Below, one piece after another: positions 35,716 through 49,199 of a stretch of DNA of 64,000 nt. Origin of the DNA: Chiloscyllium plagiosum (lineage: Eukaryota); NCBI RefSeq assembly GCF_004010195.1, contig NC_057719.1, forward strand, positions 21,985,385-22,049,384, read 5' to 3'. The translations under genes were made by a program, and so were the position numbers. Position 1 is the stretch's first letter, and the number at the start of each line of letters is the position of its first letter. The notes under the pieces are model-generated. The model saw only the letters and a program-made list of their open reading frames with translations. It had not been told where the DNA came from and did no database searches.

Positions 35716-37149
35716 GCTCAGTGTCAATTTTGGGGGAGTTTCACAGAAGGTTTCTCTTTGAGTTCCAGTGAATTTGTTTAACCAATTCTATGCAGTTCGT
35801 TACCGTATATATGTTGCACTGCTCTGTGGTGCCCTGCTGGTGCAGTCATGCATGCAGCAATGGCAAAAGTGCAGCTGAAATCTCCAGCCAGCGGCGTGTT
35901 TAAAAGCCACAGACCAGGTCAAGCACTGCCAGCCAGGAGCTACCTTTCATAATGCACATGGTGGGAGAGGAATGGTAAAGAAACGCTTCTGAAGGCATGT
36001 AGGTGTGATGGCTGACACTTCATTGCAAATGCAAGCGCACAGTCATAAATATATTGCTAGATTATATCATTAGCTGTCTGATCGCCTGTTATTGTAACAG
36101 CACTACAAGAATCAATCTGCACAGCTTAACCCTCCTTTACACCATTCTACCTTAGAAACTTGTAAAAGGCAGATCGGCTCTTCCCAAATACTCATTCCAG
36201 CCTAACATCTTCTCATTGTTCAATGTGGGGTCATCACCTACTGGACAGACTTTATGTGGGTGAGAATATTCACTTTCATTCAACAAAAGCAAAAGAAAAG
36301 AAAAACAAACAAACAAAAAAAATGATGCATTTGTTTCTGAGAACAAACAAGGACCACTTAGGAATGAATGATGACTGCGCACAGCTCACATCTTTTGGAA
36401 TGTGCTATCAATTAACTCAATTATGAAGAAAGAGTTAGTGGAAAGGCAAGTGCTGAGGGTAACAATCGCAACACCTCCCCCTGAAAAACGTGATTTGAAG
36501 CAAGCTCAGGCCATGATAATCTAAATTTTTAATAGCTTGAAGCTTTTGTTAAGGAGTGGTCAAAGGATTCCATGCAAAACATTAACAAGCTTACAAGCTA
36601 ACTTTGAAATTTTACAGGTTCACTGTTTTGAGCACAAAACAGGATGGTTATTTGCTGCACAGAAGGTTGTAGTACTCCTCCTTTTATAAATGCAATTATC
36701 TTCTAACAGGAGCAAAATGTCAAGGACATCATTCCAAAAGGAAAAAAAACTGCACTTTATAATTTTTCTTGTAGTTCAGAAGTTCAGTCTTCAAACTTAT
36801 ATTGGGGGAAAATGCCAACTGGGAAACCATAACATATCACAGTGGGCTATGTTCACCTAGAAAAAGTAAGAAATGAAAGTCATAGTCATAGAGAAAGAGA
36901 AAATAAAGCAATCAAATCGATCCAGGATCACACCAAGTTGCAGAATCCTTCAATGTTTCAAGAGCAACAAATTGAATTTATTTAGCATCGATAACATAGA
37001 AACACATCCCAAGGCAATACATGGATCTGTGGTCAGTTGACAAAGCAACACTGAGCTAAAAAAAGTAGATGGTATCTTAGAAGAGGAGATGTGAAGGAAA
37101 GACTTACAATGTTATAGTGGTTTTCATAACCAGCGAGATACCAACCTAC

Positions 37150-37420
37150 TTTACAGATAATGTAATACTTTTCCAAGTGTCATCAATTTGGGAAACACAG
37201 CAGCTAATACGGACTCAGCAAACTCCCACAAACAGCAATATGAAAATCAGCAGATAATATTGTCTGTGTTGTTGTCTATGGAATAAATGTTGGTTCAAAC
37301 ATCTTCAATATTAACTCCCCTTTTATACATGAGAAAAGCTCCATTGTATCGTTCATATCCACTAAGTAGGCAGATGTGACACTAGCTTAACATCTCAGCC
37401 TAACGGCAGCATCCCTGACA
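37150..37420 (-). mobile_element. Deu-domain SINE (DeuSINE/SacSINE1-like) relic
   Basis: ggaaacacagcagctaat...cagcaaactcccacaaacagcaat...cagataat...aactcccc...ttaacatctca resembles the recalled Deu-domain consensus. Confidence 0.6.
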
Positions 37421-38044
37421 GGGGTATATTTCAAAAATATATTTGTACCCAGGGGACAGCTTTAGCAAAGGCAGTCAAAATGTTATGTTTTTCATAACTA
37501 CATTTCCATCCTCTCTTTTGTGCACTGCTCCATTGATTTATTTGCTAAGTCACATAAATCAATAAAGATATTGTCACTCTTTGCAATTATCCAAGTATCT
37601 TGTTTTAGTGGCTCTTGATGACTATCACTAGCAACATGGAAGTGTAGTGAATAGTTCAGGATGGCTTTTCAGTAACTAAATGAAAGAATGAAATCTTTAT
37701 GAACTGCTTTGATACAAGCAAACCTGTCTTCATTATTAACAACTATTGAGGGAACTCTAAAGCTGGTCAGTAGGATAACTTCATTATTTCTTGTTCCAAA
37801 GTACTCAGACACTACCTGACTGAAACTACCAGAAGCGGGAAAAAAATAAAATATTCTTAAGGAAACCGTATTCTTTTTATGCAAAATTGTAAAGGAGGCA
37901 ATGTGATTGCCTAATGCCTATGCTACTTTAAGCAATCCAAGAACAAAGAACAGTTCACACAGGATTAAGTCTTTCAACCCATCAAGCCTGCAGTGACACA
38001 AAACACTTTTCTAAACTAAAAATCTTTTGTTTCTATGTAGTCCG

Positions 38045-38645
38045 CATGTTGAGTATAGGAGTTGGGACGTCATGTGGAGGTTGTACAGGACATTGGTGAG
38101 GCCTCTTTTGGAGCACTTGGTGTAGTTCTGATCATCCTGCTATAGGAAGGTTATTATTAAACAAGAGAGGGTTCATGAAAAGATTTACCAGGATGTTGCT
38201 GGGAATGGACAGTTTGAGTTATGAAAATAGGCTAAATAGGCTGGGGCTTCTTTTACTTGAGCATAGAGATTGAGAGCTGATCTTATAAAGGTTTATAAAA
38301 CCATGAGGGGCACAGAGAAGGTGAATAGCAAAGGTCTTTTCCCTAAGGTGGGGGAATTCAAAACTAGAGGGCATAGGTTTAAGATGAGTGGAGAAAGATT
38401 CAAAAAAGACGTGAGGGCCAACTTATTTACACAGAGAGTGATTAGTGTGTATAATGAACTGCCAGAGGAAGTGGTAGAGGCAGATAGAGTTATGTTGTTT
38501 AAAAGACATCTGGATAAGTACATGAACCCAAAACATTTGGAAGGATGTGGGCCAACTACAGATGTGTGGGACTGGTTTAATCTGGGAACATGGTCAGCAT
38601 CGACTAGTTGGACTGAAGGGCCTGGTTCCATGCTGTATCGGTCTA
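38045..38645 (+). mobile_element. CR1 3' fragment (nested)
   Basis: RADLIKVYK...KTRGHRFK...FTQRVISVYNELPEEVV. Confidence 0.9.
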
Positions 38646-39380
38646 TTCATGGATCTGTCTTAAATGTTACTATTGTAACTGCTTCTACCATCTCACTTAG
38701 CAGTGCATTCCAGGCAATTACCACCCTCTGTAAAACGGTCCTGTCTCTCACATTTCCTTTGAAATTTCCTCCACTTTACTTTAAATCTAGTAATTGACAT
38801 TTGCACCCTGGCGAGAAGATTCTGACTATCCATTCTATCGATGCCTCTCATAATTTTCTGACCTTCTATTTAGTACCCCCTCTGTCTCCATTGCTCAAAT
38901 GAAATCAAACCAGGTTTGTCCAGTCTCTCTTCATAGCTAATACCCTCCAAAACCAGGCAACAAACTTTTCTGTTCCCTCTCCAAATCCTCCACATCCTTC
39001 TAGTAGTGTGGTGATCAGAATGTTAAATGTGGCCTAATTGACGTTGTATATAGTTGCAACATGACTTGCCAATTTTTCTACTCTATGCCCCAACCAATGA
39101 AGGCAAACATGCCATACACCTTCTTAACCATCATATCCACTTGTGTTGCCATCTTCAGGGCACTGTTGACCTGTACACCTACATCTCTCTACATATTAAC
39201 ATTTCTAAGAGTTGCGCCATTTACTGTATACTTCTCTCCTGCATTTAACCTTCCAAAATGTAGGGACTCACATTTGTTTGGGTTAAATTCCATCTGTCAT
39301 TTCTCCACCCAAGTCTCCAGTCGAATGTTACATTGTTGTGTCCTCTAACAATCCTCCTCACTATCCGGAACTCCCCTGTA

Positions 39381-39543
39381 CAGGTTATCAGAAGGACTCG
39401 GATGTGGAGTATTTCACTCGGTTCATCAAATTCCAGATAATCGAATGCCGAATAACATAGTTTAGCCAAGCATTGGACCTCGCGATCTTGCCGGATAATC
39501 TGATATTCAGATAATCGATTGCCGGTTAATCAAAGTTCTTCTG
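39381..39543. mobile_element. Tigger-type MITE related to 33363-33536
   Basis: TA-cag...ctg-TA ends and repeated gataatcga motifs. The left TIR is partly deleted. Confidence 0.6.
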
Positions 39544-40343
39544 TATTTGTGTCATCCACAAACTTACTAATCATACTAGCTATATTCTCCTCCAAATCAT
39601 TGATATATATTACAAACAATATGGGTCTCAACACAAATCACTGTGGACACCATTGGTCAAAAATCTCCAGTCAGAAAGATACCCTTCCACAGCTATTCTC
39701 TTTCTTCTAAGACCAAGCCAGTTCTGTATCCATCTTACCAGCACACCATGGATCCCTTGTGACTTTGTCTTCTGGGTCAGTCTGCCAGAAGAGACCTTGT
39801 CGAAGGCCTTGCTAAAGTCATATAAACAGTATCCTCCATGCTGCACTCATTGATCGTCTATGTCACTTAATCGAGTTTGTGAGACATGACATTGCCTAAC
39901 AATAATAAATCCATATTTTTCTAAATATGAGTAAATACTGTCTCTAAGAATCTTCTTCCGTAATTTCCCTGCCACTGACATAAAGCTCACCAGCCTGTAA
40001 TATCTCGGATTGTAAACTGTTGTCCTTTTTAAACAATGGAACAACATTAGCTATTTCCCAGTCCTCTGGGACATCTGAGAACTCAAAGATCTTTTATAGG
40101 ACCCCAGCAATTTCCTCCAACACTTCCCTCAGTACTCTGGGATAGATTCTATTACATTCTGGGAAGTTGTCTAACTTCATTCTTTTCAAAACACCCAAAA
40201 CCTTTTTTTATATTGACATGCCCTAGAATATAATAAACCCCTTTCTAGCCTCACTAGCCACCATATCCTTCTCCTTTGTGAATACCAATGCCAAGTATTT
40301 GTGAAGGACCTCACCCCTTTTTCCTGGCTCCACACATATATTC

Positions 40344-41183
40344 ATAGATAGAAGGACATAGATAAGCTGCAGAGCTGGGCTGAGAGATGGCAAATGGAGT
40401 TTAATGTGGAAAAGTGAGAGGTGATTCACTTTGGAAGGAGTAACAGGAATAAAGAATACTGGGCTAATGGTAAGATTCTTGGTAGTGTAGATGAGTAGAG
40501 AGACCTCGGTCTCCATGTATATAGATCCTTGAAAGTTGTCATCCACGTTGATAGGGTCGTTTAGAAGGCACACAATGTGTTAGCTTTTATTGGTACAGAG
40601 ATTGAGTTTCGGAACCACGAAATCATGCTGCAGCTGTACAAAACTCTGGTGCGGCCACACTTGGAGTATTGCGCACAGTTCTGGTCACCGCATTATAGGA
40701 AAGATGTGGAAGCTTTGGAAAGGGTGCAGAGGAGATTTACTGGGATGTTGCCTGGTATGGAGGGAAGGTCTTATGAGGAAAAGCTGAGGGACTCGAGGCT
40801 GTTTTCGTTAGAGAGAAGAAGGTTGAGAGGTTGATTTAATTGAGACATATACGATAATCAGAGGGTTATATAGGGTGGAGATTGAGACCCTTTTTGCTTG
40901 GATAGTGATGGCTAGCACAAGGGGACATAGTTTTAAATTGAGGGGTGATAGATACAGGACAGATATCAGAGATAGTTTCTTAGTCAGAGAGTAGTAGGGG
41001 TGTGGAACGCACTGCCTGCAACAGCAGTAGACTCGTCAAATTTAAGGGCATTTAAATGGTCATTGGATAAACATTTGGATGAAAATGGAATAGTGTAGGA
41101 TAGATAGGCTTCAAATTGGTACCACAGATGGGCATAACATAGAGGGCCGAAGGGCCTGTACTGCGCTATAATGTTCAATGTTC
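40344..41183 (+). mobile_element. CR1 3' fragment (nested, relatively young)
   Basis: WAERWQMEFNVEK and LYKTLVRPHLEYCAQFWSPHYRKD. tatattc occurs on both sides as a possible TSD. Confidence 0.92.
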
Positions 41184-42363
41184 TATATTCCCTCCTTTGT
41201 CCTAAAGTGAACCTTCACTTTCCCTTGCTACCCTCTTACTCCTTATAAATGTGTAAATTGCCTTGGAATTTTCCTTAATTCTGATGGCCAAGGACATTTT
41301 TAGCTCTCACAAATCCTTTTTTAAGTTCTTTCATGCCTTCTTTATATTCTTCAAGAGATCTGTATGTCTTCAGTTTCTTAAACTGCATGCCTGCTATTTT
41401 GTTTTTACCCAGCTCCCAATTTATATTGTCATTCAAAGTTCCTGATCTTGCCTTCCTTACCCTTAATTTTCACAGGAACTAGCTAGTCCTGAACAACTAG
41501 CCTTTGAAAGAATCCCACATGACAGGTGTGAAATTACCCTCAAACAGCAACTCGCAATCTATATTCCTCAGTTTCTTTTGTCTGTATTATCAATCTAATA
41601 CTTTCACCTGAGAACTACTCTTGTCCTTATCCATAAGTATCTTCAAACTTGTGGAATTATGGTCACTGTTCCCAAAATGCTCCCCCACCTGGCCAGGCTC
41701 ATTCCACAATACCCGAGGTCTAGTATAGCCCACTCCGAGTTGGACTATTTACAGATTGCTTCAAGAAATCCTCTTTGATGCATCTAACAAATTTCATGCC
41801 CAACTAAGTCCAAGGAACTAAAGGAGTCCCAATAATATAGGGCAATTTATAAATCACACACCACAAAAACCCCGTGGATTTTACATTCCCCCAATTTAAA
41901 CACTTAACTTCTGCACAATCCTTCCTCCTTTCCATAATGATTTTGAAACTTAGAGTTATGGTCACTATTCCCAAAACACTTGCCCAATAAAACTTCAACT
42001 ACTTGATCCTGATGCACTTAACAATTTCACCCCGTCTAATCCTGTCACACTGCACTGATCCCAATTAATGTTAGTAAAGTTGAAGTCCCCTACAGCTCTG
42101 GCTCTGTTTCTCACATACCTTTCTGTGATCTGTTCATTCGCCTATATATCTGCTACTTTATCTCCCTCTGACTGTTGAGACGCTGATATGATAATCCGAG
42201 CCATGTAATCAACACATTTTTTTAAATTTCTAAGCCGTACCCTAGAACATCCTCCCTCATTATTGCAGTAATGCATTGCCCCTTCCTGTCTTGCATCCCT
42301 TCCATCCCACCTGAAATTTCTATACCTTGAAATATCAAATTGTCAATCCTGCCCTTCCGTCTA

Positions 42364-42497
42364 TCCTGGTGAAAGGTTCCAACCCGAAACGTTGACTCCC
42401 TTTCTCCTCTGATGCTGCTTGACCTGCTGTGCTTTTACCAGCTCCACTTTTCATCCACTCTGACGTTCCAGCATCTACAGTCCTCACTAGCTCCACT
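42364..42497 (+). mobile_element. Solo PLE terminal repeat with hammerhead remnant
   Basis: ctggtgaaaggttccaacccgaaacgttgac. Flanks ctgcccttccgtcta (42349-42363) and ctgcccttccttcaa (42498-42512). Confidence 0.75.
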
Positions 42498-44306
42498 CTG
42501 CCCTTCCTTCAACTAATAATTGCATCAATGTCAGATTCCCACATGCTGAGCAGTGCTCTGAATTCATCCACCTTACCAATCAAGCTCCTTCTATTAAAAT
42601 GGATACAATTTAGCTTTCCAAACTCCCATGTTTTTTAACATGCTTGTCATGTTGTCTTTTATCATTACATTTAAACAGGTTTCTTTAGAACACAGTCAAA
42701 CACAGTCCTTAAAACCACATGCAGTACATTTTCTTTCTTAAAAGGAACATCTGCCTCACTGTGTTATCTCAGCAGTTACATGCAACATGCTTAAGGGACC
42801 ATGCTCATAATATCATCATCATATTAAAGCTTAATGTATGAATATATGGTAAGGGAATAAAGGTCAGAGTTTCCATCTTACTGAGTCCTCTCTCTTGCAT
42901 TATGAAAGGCTGAAGGAGGTATGTGCTAGCTTGCACCCAAATTGTTTAGTTTGAGCCCAGACACAGAGTGTCTGTGTTTTTAATGAACACATGTAGATAC
43001 AAGCTGCTGTAATAGAAGTAATTGTTAATTTAGAGAGCTAAAGTGTCTTTCAATTATACTCACAAATAGATCCTTCTCGAAAGAATGAATGAATACATCA
43101 CTAGTTTTTCTTATATTCATGGATTTGGGTCTGCATTTCCACTGTTGTACGAGTAATAAATTTCTTTTTGTCTCAAATATGATGAATTTTGACAAATGTA
43201 AATCTGTGTTTTCTAGCTCAGTGCTCACAGTTTAAATAAATAGCCTTATGTATGTACATAATTTATACCTTGTGGCAAGTCAGTAGAGGTTGCTCCCTCC
43301 TCTTCTATAACAACAAATTTCTTACCTCTTTCTGGATTATTTTGAACATAAGACATAAGCATGGTTATCTTTTGTTCAACCTTGAGATTTGGAGAACACT
43401 TTTGAAAATAAGCAGTTGGAAAGGAAAGTGTGATTTATGACTGAAGTACTTCGACTCTTGGGGAAAAAAAAGTTCCCTATTCTCCTTCTTGAAATGGGAA
43501 AAGGATGATAAGTATTTTAGATATTTAAAAAATGCAAAAATAAACTTGTAAAGGGATAATTGCAGAGAAATTAAGTCCCAATTTTCCTTTTCCTTTGGCA
43601 TATAAGCTTTGATCATGTTCTCTTGTCACTGGTCTCAATCTCATCAAATTATTTTGATAATTTACTTTTACACTCCTATAATTCTCTGCAATTATGCCTC
43701 TATGAGTTTGTTAACATCACATTCCAGTGTCTAACACTGCACAGGGGAAAAACAGCTGAAGCTCTCCAATATCAGGAATATATAAATTTGTTCAAAGATT
43801 ATATATCTTGTGGGTTTGAATTTCACGTTTATTTTTGTACAATTTTAACATAAACTTTGTTTAAAGGACTACCAATTTACTGAAAAGTACACCTCTTTCA
43901 AACCATCATTTTCCACCCTGTATTAAAAAGTCATGCTTAATTAAAAGTCATACCTGCTGGATCAACACTCATGTTGTTTATTTCTGCTTTGGAAGGCAGC
44001 AATTCAATTTACAGTTTTGAGACTTTGGGTAAAGGTGGAGTTCTATTGCGATCGTGAAAGTATTAATAATTGCATTAATTTAGGAATTGAGGAATCTCTG
44101 CTCTGAAAATAACCAGATTATTCATTAAACTAAGATCTTTCCTTGCAAAAAAAAAATTCAAGTGTCCACTTTATTGAGATGTAATTGATTTGTTTTTAAC
44201 TGTTTGGTGAAGCATGCCAAATCTAGCCGGGCCCAAGGTATTTCCAATTACACATTAATGTTTTGTAACTAAACATGTGAAATTCAACAGGGAGGGACAG
44301 TGTAAA

Positions 44307-44490
44307 TCTGATGAAGGGTTTCTGTCTGAAATGCCCCGACTCTTTCACTCCTCTGATGCTGCTTAATCTGCTGTGCTTTTCCAGTGTCACACATTTCGAG
44401 TCTGATATCCAGCATCTGCAATCCTTACTTTCTCCTCTCCACAGATGCTGCCAAACCTGCTGAGTTTTTCTGGTAATTTCTGGTTTTGTG
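44307..44490 (+). mobile_element. Two adjacent PLE terminal repeats (families A and C)
   Basis: ctgatgaagggtttctgtctgaaatg... followed by tctccacagatgctgccaaacctgctgagt. Confidence 0.65.
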
Positions 44491-45129
44491 ACTATATACA
44501 TGTTCACGGTCCTCTTCCCACCATTTGCAATACAAGTTTCCTGAAGGAAACTCCACAATTGGAACAAAGAAGCTCTAATTATTCAGGTACAGAGGTACTA
44601 TTTTTAGCAAGTCTATGTTCACAAAGAAGACCAGCATTGAACTAATTCTGAAGGGGTATAGGATATCATTTAAAATGTTTTAAGTCAAGGATGGGAAAGA
44701 AACAACATAATCAGGACTGTTGCTCGAGTGTTTCCTTTGGATCATGTCTAAAATGTGACAGTTTATGAACAAGTGTCTCTTGAAAGAGAGCTCCTTATTA
44801 AAAGGTGTATGTTAGTCCATGTATATAGTTTAATCTTTCCAAATGAAGTTCAGTCAAATCTCATTCAATTTTATCAATACAATTTAAACAGTCAGCAATA
44901 TCTACCCACAACATTCAATCAACAAATTGGTTTGTATGCAAGATATTTTGCTATTTTCTATAATTTTCAACTAATTTGATTAACTCCACGTGGTAGCAAG
45001 AAATCACTGAAGACATTGGGAGCTTGTAAATATTTTATGGGCTCTGACAACATTTGCCAATAGCATTGAAAAAATTGTGCGACGGAATGAGGTGTGTACA
45101 GCTGCAACACGCCCATCTAACTGGCTGTG

Positions 45130-46475
45130 GTATATCCTGTCTATAGAATGCAGGATAAATCCAAACAGCCAATACTGCTTTATCAGTCTATTCTGCATCT
45201 TCAGCAAAGTGATGAAAGAGATCAGCAACTGTGCCACAAGGATAAATGCTCAGTGGAGATCAGTTTGTTTTCCTTCAAGGCCACTTAGCTCCTGATCTCA
45301 GTACAGCCTTCATTCAAACATGAACAAAGAAGCTGAACTCCAGAGGAGGGGTGAGTGCGACTGCCTTTGACAGCAAGGTTGCATTCAACTGAGAATGGCA
45401 GTGAGGTGCCCTAGCAAAACTGAACTCAATGGAAATAAGGGGGGAAACTCTTTGCTGATTAGAGCCATAGCTAGCACAAAGGAAGATGGTTGTGGTTGTT
45501 GGAGGTCAACGATCTCATGCTCAGAACATCACTGCAGGAGTCCCTGAAGGTAGTGCCCTAAATTCAACCATCTCCAGTTGCTTCAGCAGTGAGTCCCTCC
45601 ATCATAAGGTCAGAAGTTGAGAGGTTCATTAACTATGACATAAATGTTCAGTACCATTCACTGTTCCTCAGATACTGAGGCAGTCTGTGTTCCTAAAGAG
45701 CAAGACCCAGAAAGCATCAGATTTGACCTGATGAGTGACATGTGACATTTGTATTGGACAACTGTGAGAACATGACCATCTCCAACAAGAGGGAACCTAA
45801 CACCGCCTCTTGACATTAATGACATTGCTAATACAATACCCTACTATCAAAATCCGATGTGTTGCACTGGCCGGATATTGAACTGTGCCATCCATATGCA
45901 TACTGTGGCTGCAAGAACAGGTCTGTGCTGTGTAACTAATTTGCTTCTCCCCAGTGTCTGTCCACTATGTACAAGACAGAAGTCAGGAATGTGATGGAAT
46001 ACTCTCCATTTGTCTGGATAGATCAACTCCAAGAACACTCAAGGTGCTCGATTAATTCCAGAACAAAGCAGCCTGCTTGATTAATACCCTATCCAACACT
46101 TTCAAATTCACTGCCTTCACCACTGAAGCACAGTGTCAGCAACGTGTACCATTCACAAGATACACTGCGGTAATTCCTATGACAAAAATTTCAAAGTATG
46201 CAAACTCAACTACTAAGAAGAACAAGTGCAGAGGCAGAACAAGAATACCATCACCTTCAACTTCCCCTCCAGATCACACACCATCTTGACTTCAAATTAT
46301 ATCACCATTCATTCACTGTCACTGGTTCAAAATCCTGGAATACCTTTCCCACCAACACTGTTAGTGTACCTGGACTTCCAAAGACTGCAGCAATTCAAGA
46401 AGGCACTTCTACCAACTCCAGGATAATTAGGAATAGTTAATAAATACTGGCCTATCCAATAATCAATGAATAAAT
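45130..46475 (+). mobile_element. CR1/Zenon-like LINE RT and tail relic
   Basis: VRVTAFDSKVAF, MVVVVGGQ, ITAGVPEGSALNSTI, YKTEVRNVMEYSPFVW. Confidence 0.8.
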
Positions 46476-49199
46476 GAAACAATGAAGGTAGAAGTCGAAG
46501 AAAAAAACTATTGAATTTCTACAGATAAAATGTTTCAATTCAGATTTCCTCCCAAGACACTTTTTAAAAATTCACAACACATGAAAAAAAACTTCGACAG
46601 GTAAACCTGCACTCAGTGTAATCTGAACCTTTGTTTTATATGTTCAGTACATTAAGAATAGCAAACAGCTTGACGGAATGAAAATGCCTCTTTTATTTTA
46701 CTGGATAATGGGTTGAATTCCTATATGTTTAAGACTATTTTAGGAGAAGGCAATCTGCAATATACAATATATTTTGTAATGTATTCGACTATTAAACAAG
46801 TTTCCCCATGATTAGAGTTATATGCAGTATAAGCAACTATTGAATAGGTTAATCTTGCGCAAGGAGTCTAAAGTTAGATTGTAATGAATTAATCAAAGAA
46901 AACCATCAGACAACTCCCTTAAAATTGTTCTGGTAAACATTCTTTATTTTGAGTAGAAAGAAGTCTTCTGGAGACATTTATGAGGCCATTGTAGTTTGTC
47001 ATGCTAGGGATTTTAGGTTGTTTTAGAAGAATGAGCTGGATAGGTCAAATTGTTTCCTGCAGAACATATCTTTGTGATCTTTCAATGGAAGTACTTCTCA
47101 GAAGAAAATAAGCAATTTTGTTCCTCAGTGAAAGCAGATGATAATCTTTGAGCAGCTTACCATAAGTAGAAGTTTGGAGAAGTTAATATCCCCAAACACA
47201 ATATGAAGCCATAGTTGGTAGTTCTTCAGATTACATATCCACAATTCTACTTTGGGCTAAATATCATTTGTTTAAATTGTTCTCAAGGGTCCATCCCAAT
47301 GAGTTTGACAGTAAGCCTATCAAAATAATGAGGTATCGAGCTAACGACATGATAAAAACATGCTCCTAGAGGCACGAATGGTACAGAAGGCTGGGAAGAT
47401 GGATATCACTCTCACCCAGGGAGCAGAAAATTTTTGAGGACTACCTCAAGAGGAGTTTGAGAGAATGAGGTCACTGTTATGGGGTGTCAATTACCAGATT
47501 GTGATCCTGAGGACTTTAACACAGCACTATAGGAATGCTAATGACCTTATACAGGTACTTAATGTCACTGAATGCAATTTCACATAATATTCCAACTCAG
47601 CAAAATACTGTCTTCACATTCAGCTCGATTCGTACATCCGCGACTTACACCTTAGCATTCCCTTGTGCTCAAGACTAATGACTAACATCCAGATACACCC
47701 CATCTCACCCTTCCAGAGCTGCCAGTCTTACAATGAGGCTATTCCTCCTGCTTGCACATACTCCTGCCATTCAGCTTTGGTACATGTAATGCAAGCAGTC
47801 ACATTGTGACCTCACTGTTGAACAAGGAGTATGTAATATGAGGAAACAAAGCAAAGTCAGTGGAGGATGAGAATGTCTTCATTCACTGAGCACTATGAGT
47901 TAGGTGACTTTCATCTCCCACTATGTGCTCATCCTGCATCACGCAAGCTACTGATGTTGTGACTACTGACCTCCTGCATCATATATAACACAGAAGCTGG
48001 AATTCCAGAGTAATCCCAGACCTGATGCCTGGAAAAGACAGTGAAAAGTAAATTTACCTCTAGTTGGTTCCTAGATCCTTTAAGAGCCCATCCTGAACCT
48101 CACTCGGGCTCTTCAAAGATTGAAGAATATCTGTACAGAATCTGTACGATCCAGCTTAGGAATTTCGGCATTACATCCACCAGTCTGCTTTGTTATGCCA
48201 GTTAGAACTGGATACAGGAGATGTATATCTGTGCAGCCAGGAACAGTATGTGCTCTTGGGAATCAATGGTAGGTTCCTGTACTTCCACTTGAGAGACAGA
48301 GATATCCAATTGAATTTGGAGCTTAGTGCTCTCGAAGCAGCCCTGAAGATAACACAGTGGTATAAATAATTTCCAGTGAAGATGAAAGTCTTTTCTCCCT
48401 GCCTCAATAAATTCCATTGGCGGCCATACTTAGGAACAGTTAAAGCGATGTCTTGCAGATTCATTTAATAAGCAGTACATGCAATTCATGCCTGGTGTAC
48501 CAATCCAGCAATCAAAAAATTAACATGTCAAAATATTGTTTTTCTTTCACGGGGACGATATGGCAGCCAAAAAGATATCTCAGCAAACATTTTAACAACA
48601 GTGTGGCTTGCATTTTCACTACAAATCCTAAAGCTGCTGTTTCAAAACTAGGCACAAACAAAAGGGACCATAATTCCTTCATGACACCTGCATCTACAGG
48701 AATAAGAACTGAAAGGTGAAACATTTTAAAAGCACATCAAATTATTTTTATTGTTCAGAAGGTTTCGATAGCACAGTGATGGAGTTACAAGCCCATTAAG
48801 GTTTCCAAGCAAAAATGGGCCACATTGATGTATTATGTACCCTTTGCAATCAGCTACCTTATGTAGGTAAGATTAATCAGGTTCAGAATAGTAGAATATT
48901 CCAAATCAGGATGAAAATACAGCAAGGTTGGGGGAACCTGATTAAAATGCATCATTGATAAGAAGGAAGTGAAGAATTTTAAGACTGTGTTTGAACTTTC
49001 TGGGTTGTTCTGTAAAAGGAAACAAGATAAATGGGGTAGCAATGAAAAACCAAATAATGAGGTGAATAACCTTTTGCTGTGAAACTTGCTTGAATGTCCT
49101 ACTTTTATCATGAAAACGCATTTCACATAACAAATACGTTGAGCAATAATTTTCTGTGACAGGACATCTAATGATTTCTGCTTCTAGTTAGACTGGCAT

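Larger units (their letters stand above)
37940..42640 (-). mobile_element. Long degenerate CR1 LINE(s) carrying four nested insertions
   Basis: Minus frames give DFSKAFDKV..GRL..K.KSQGIHGVLVRWIQNWL and NPRYYRLVSFMSVAGKL. Endonuclease-like sequence at 41600-42130, tail at about 37940-38040. Confidence 0.8.

Noticed and set aside
35826..35843. CTCF-like site
   Set aside because: It is an imperfect core match and cannot be supported from sequence alone.
37669..37884. ORF containing FPASGSFSQ, reminiscent of a Harbinger transposase
   Set aside because: There are no other motifs, so it is probably chance.
43954..43972. NANOG-like N-terminus MSVDPA
   Set aside because: Only six residues match and there is no homeobox in the window.
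48058..48464. Minus-strand exon candidate
   Set aside because: No frame stays open between the plausible splice sites and no peptide is recognisable.
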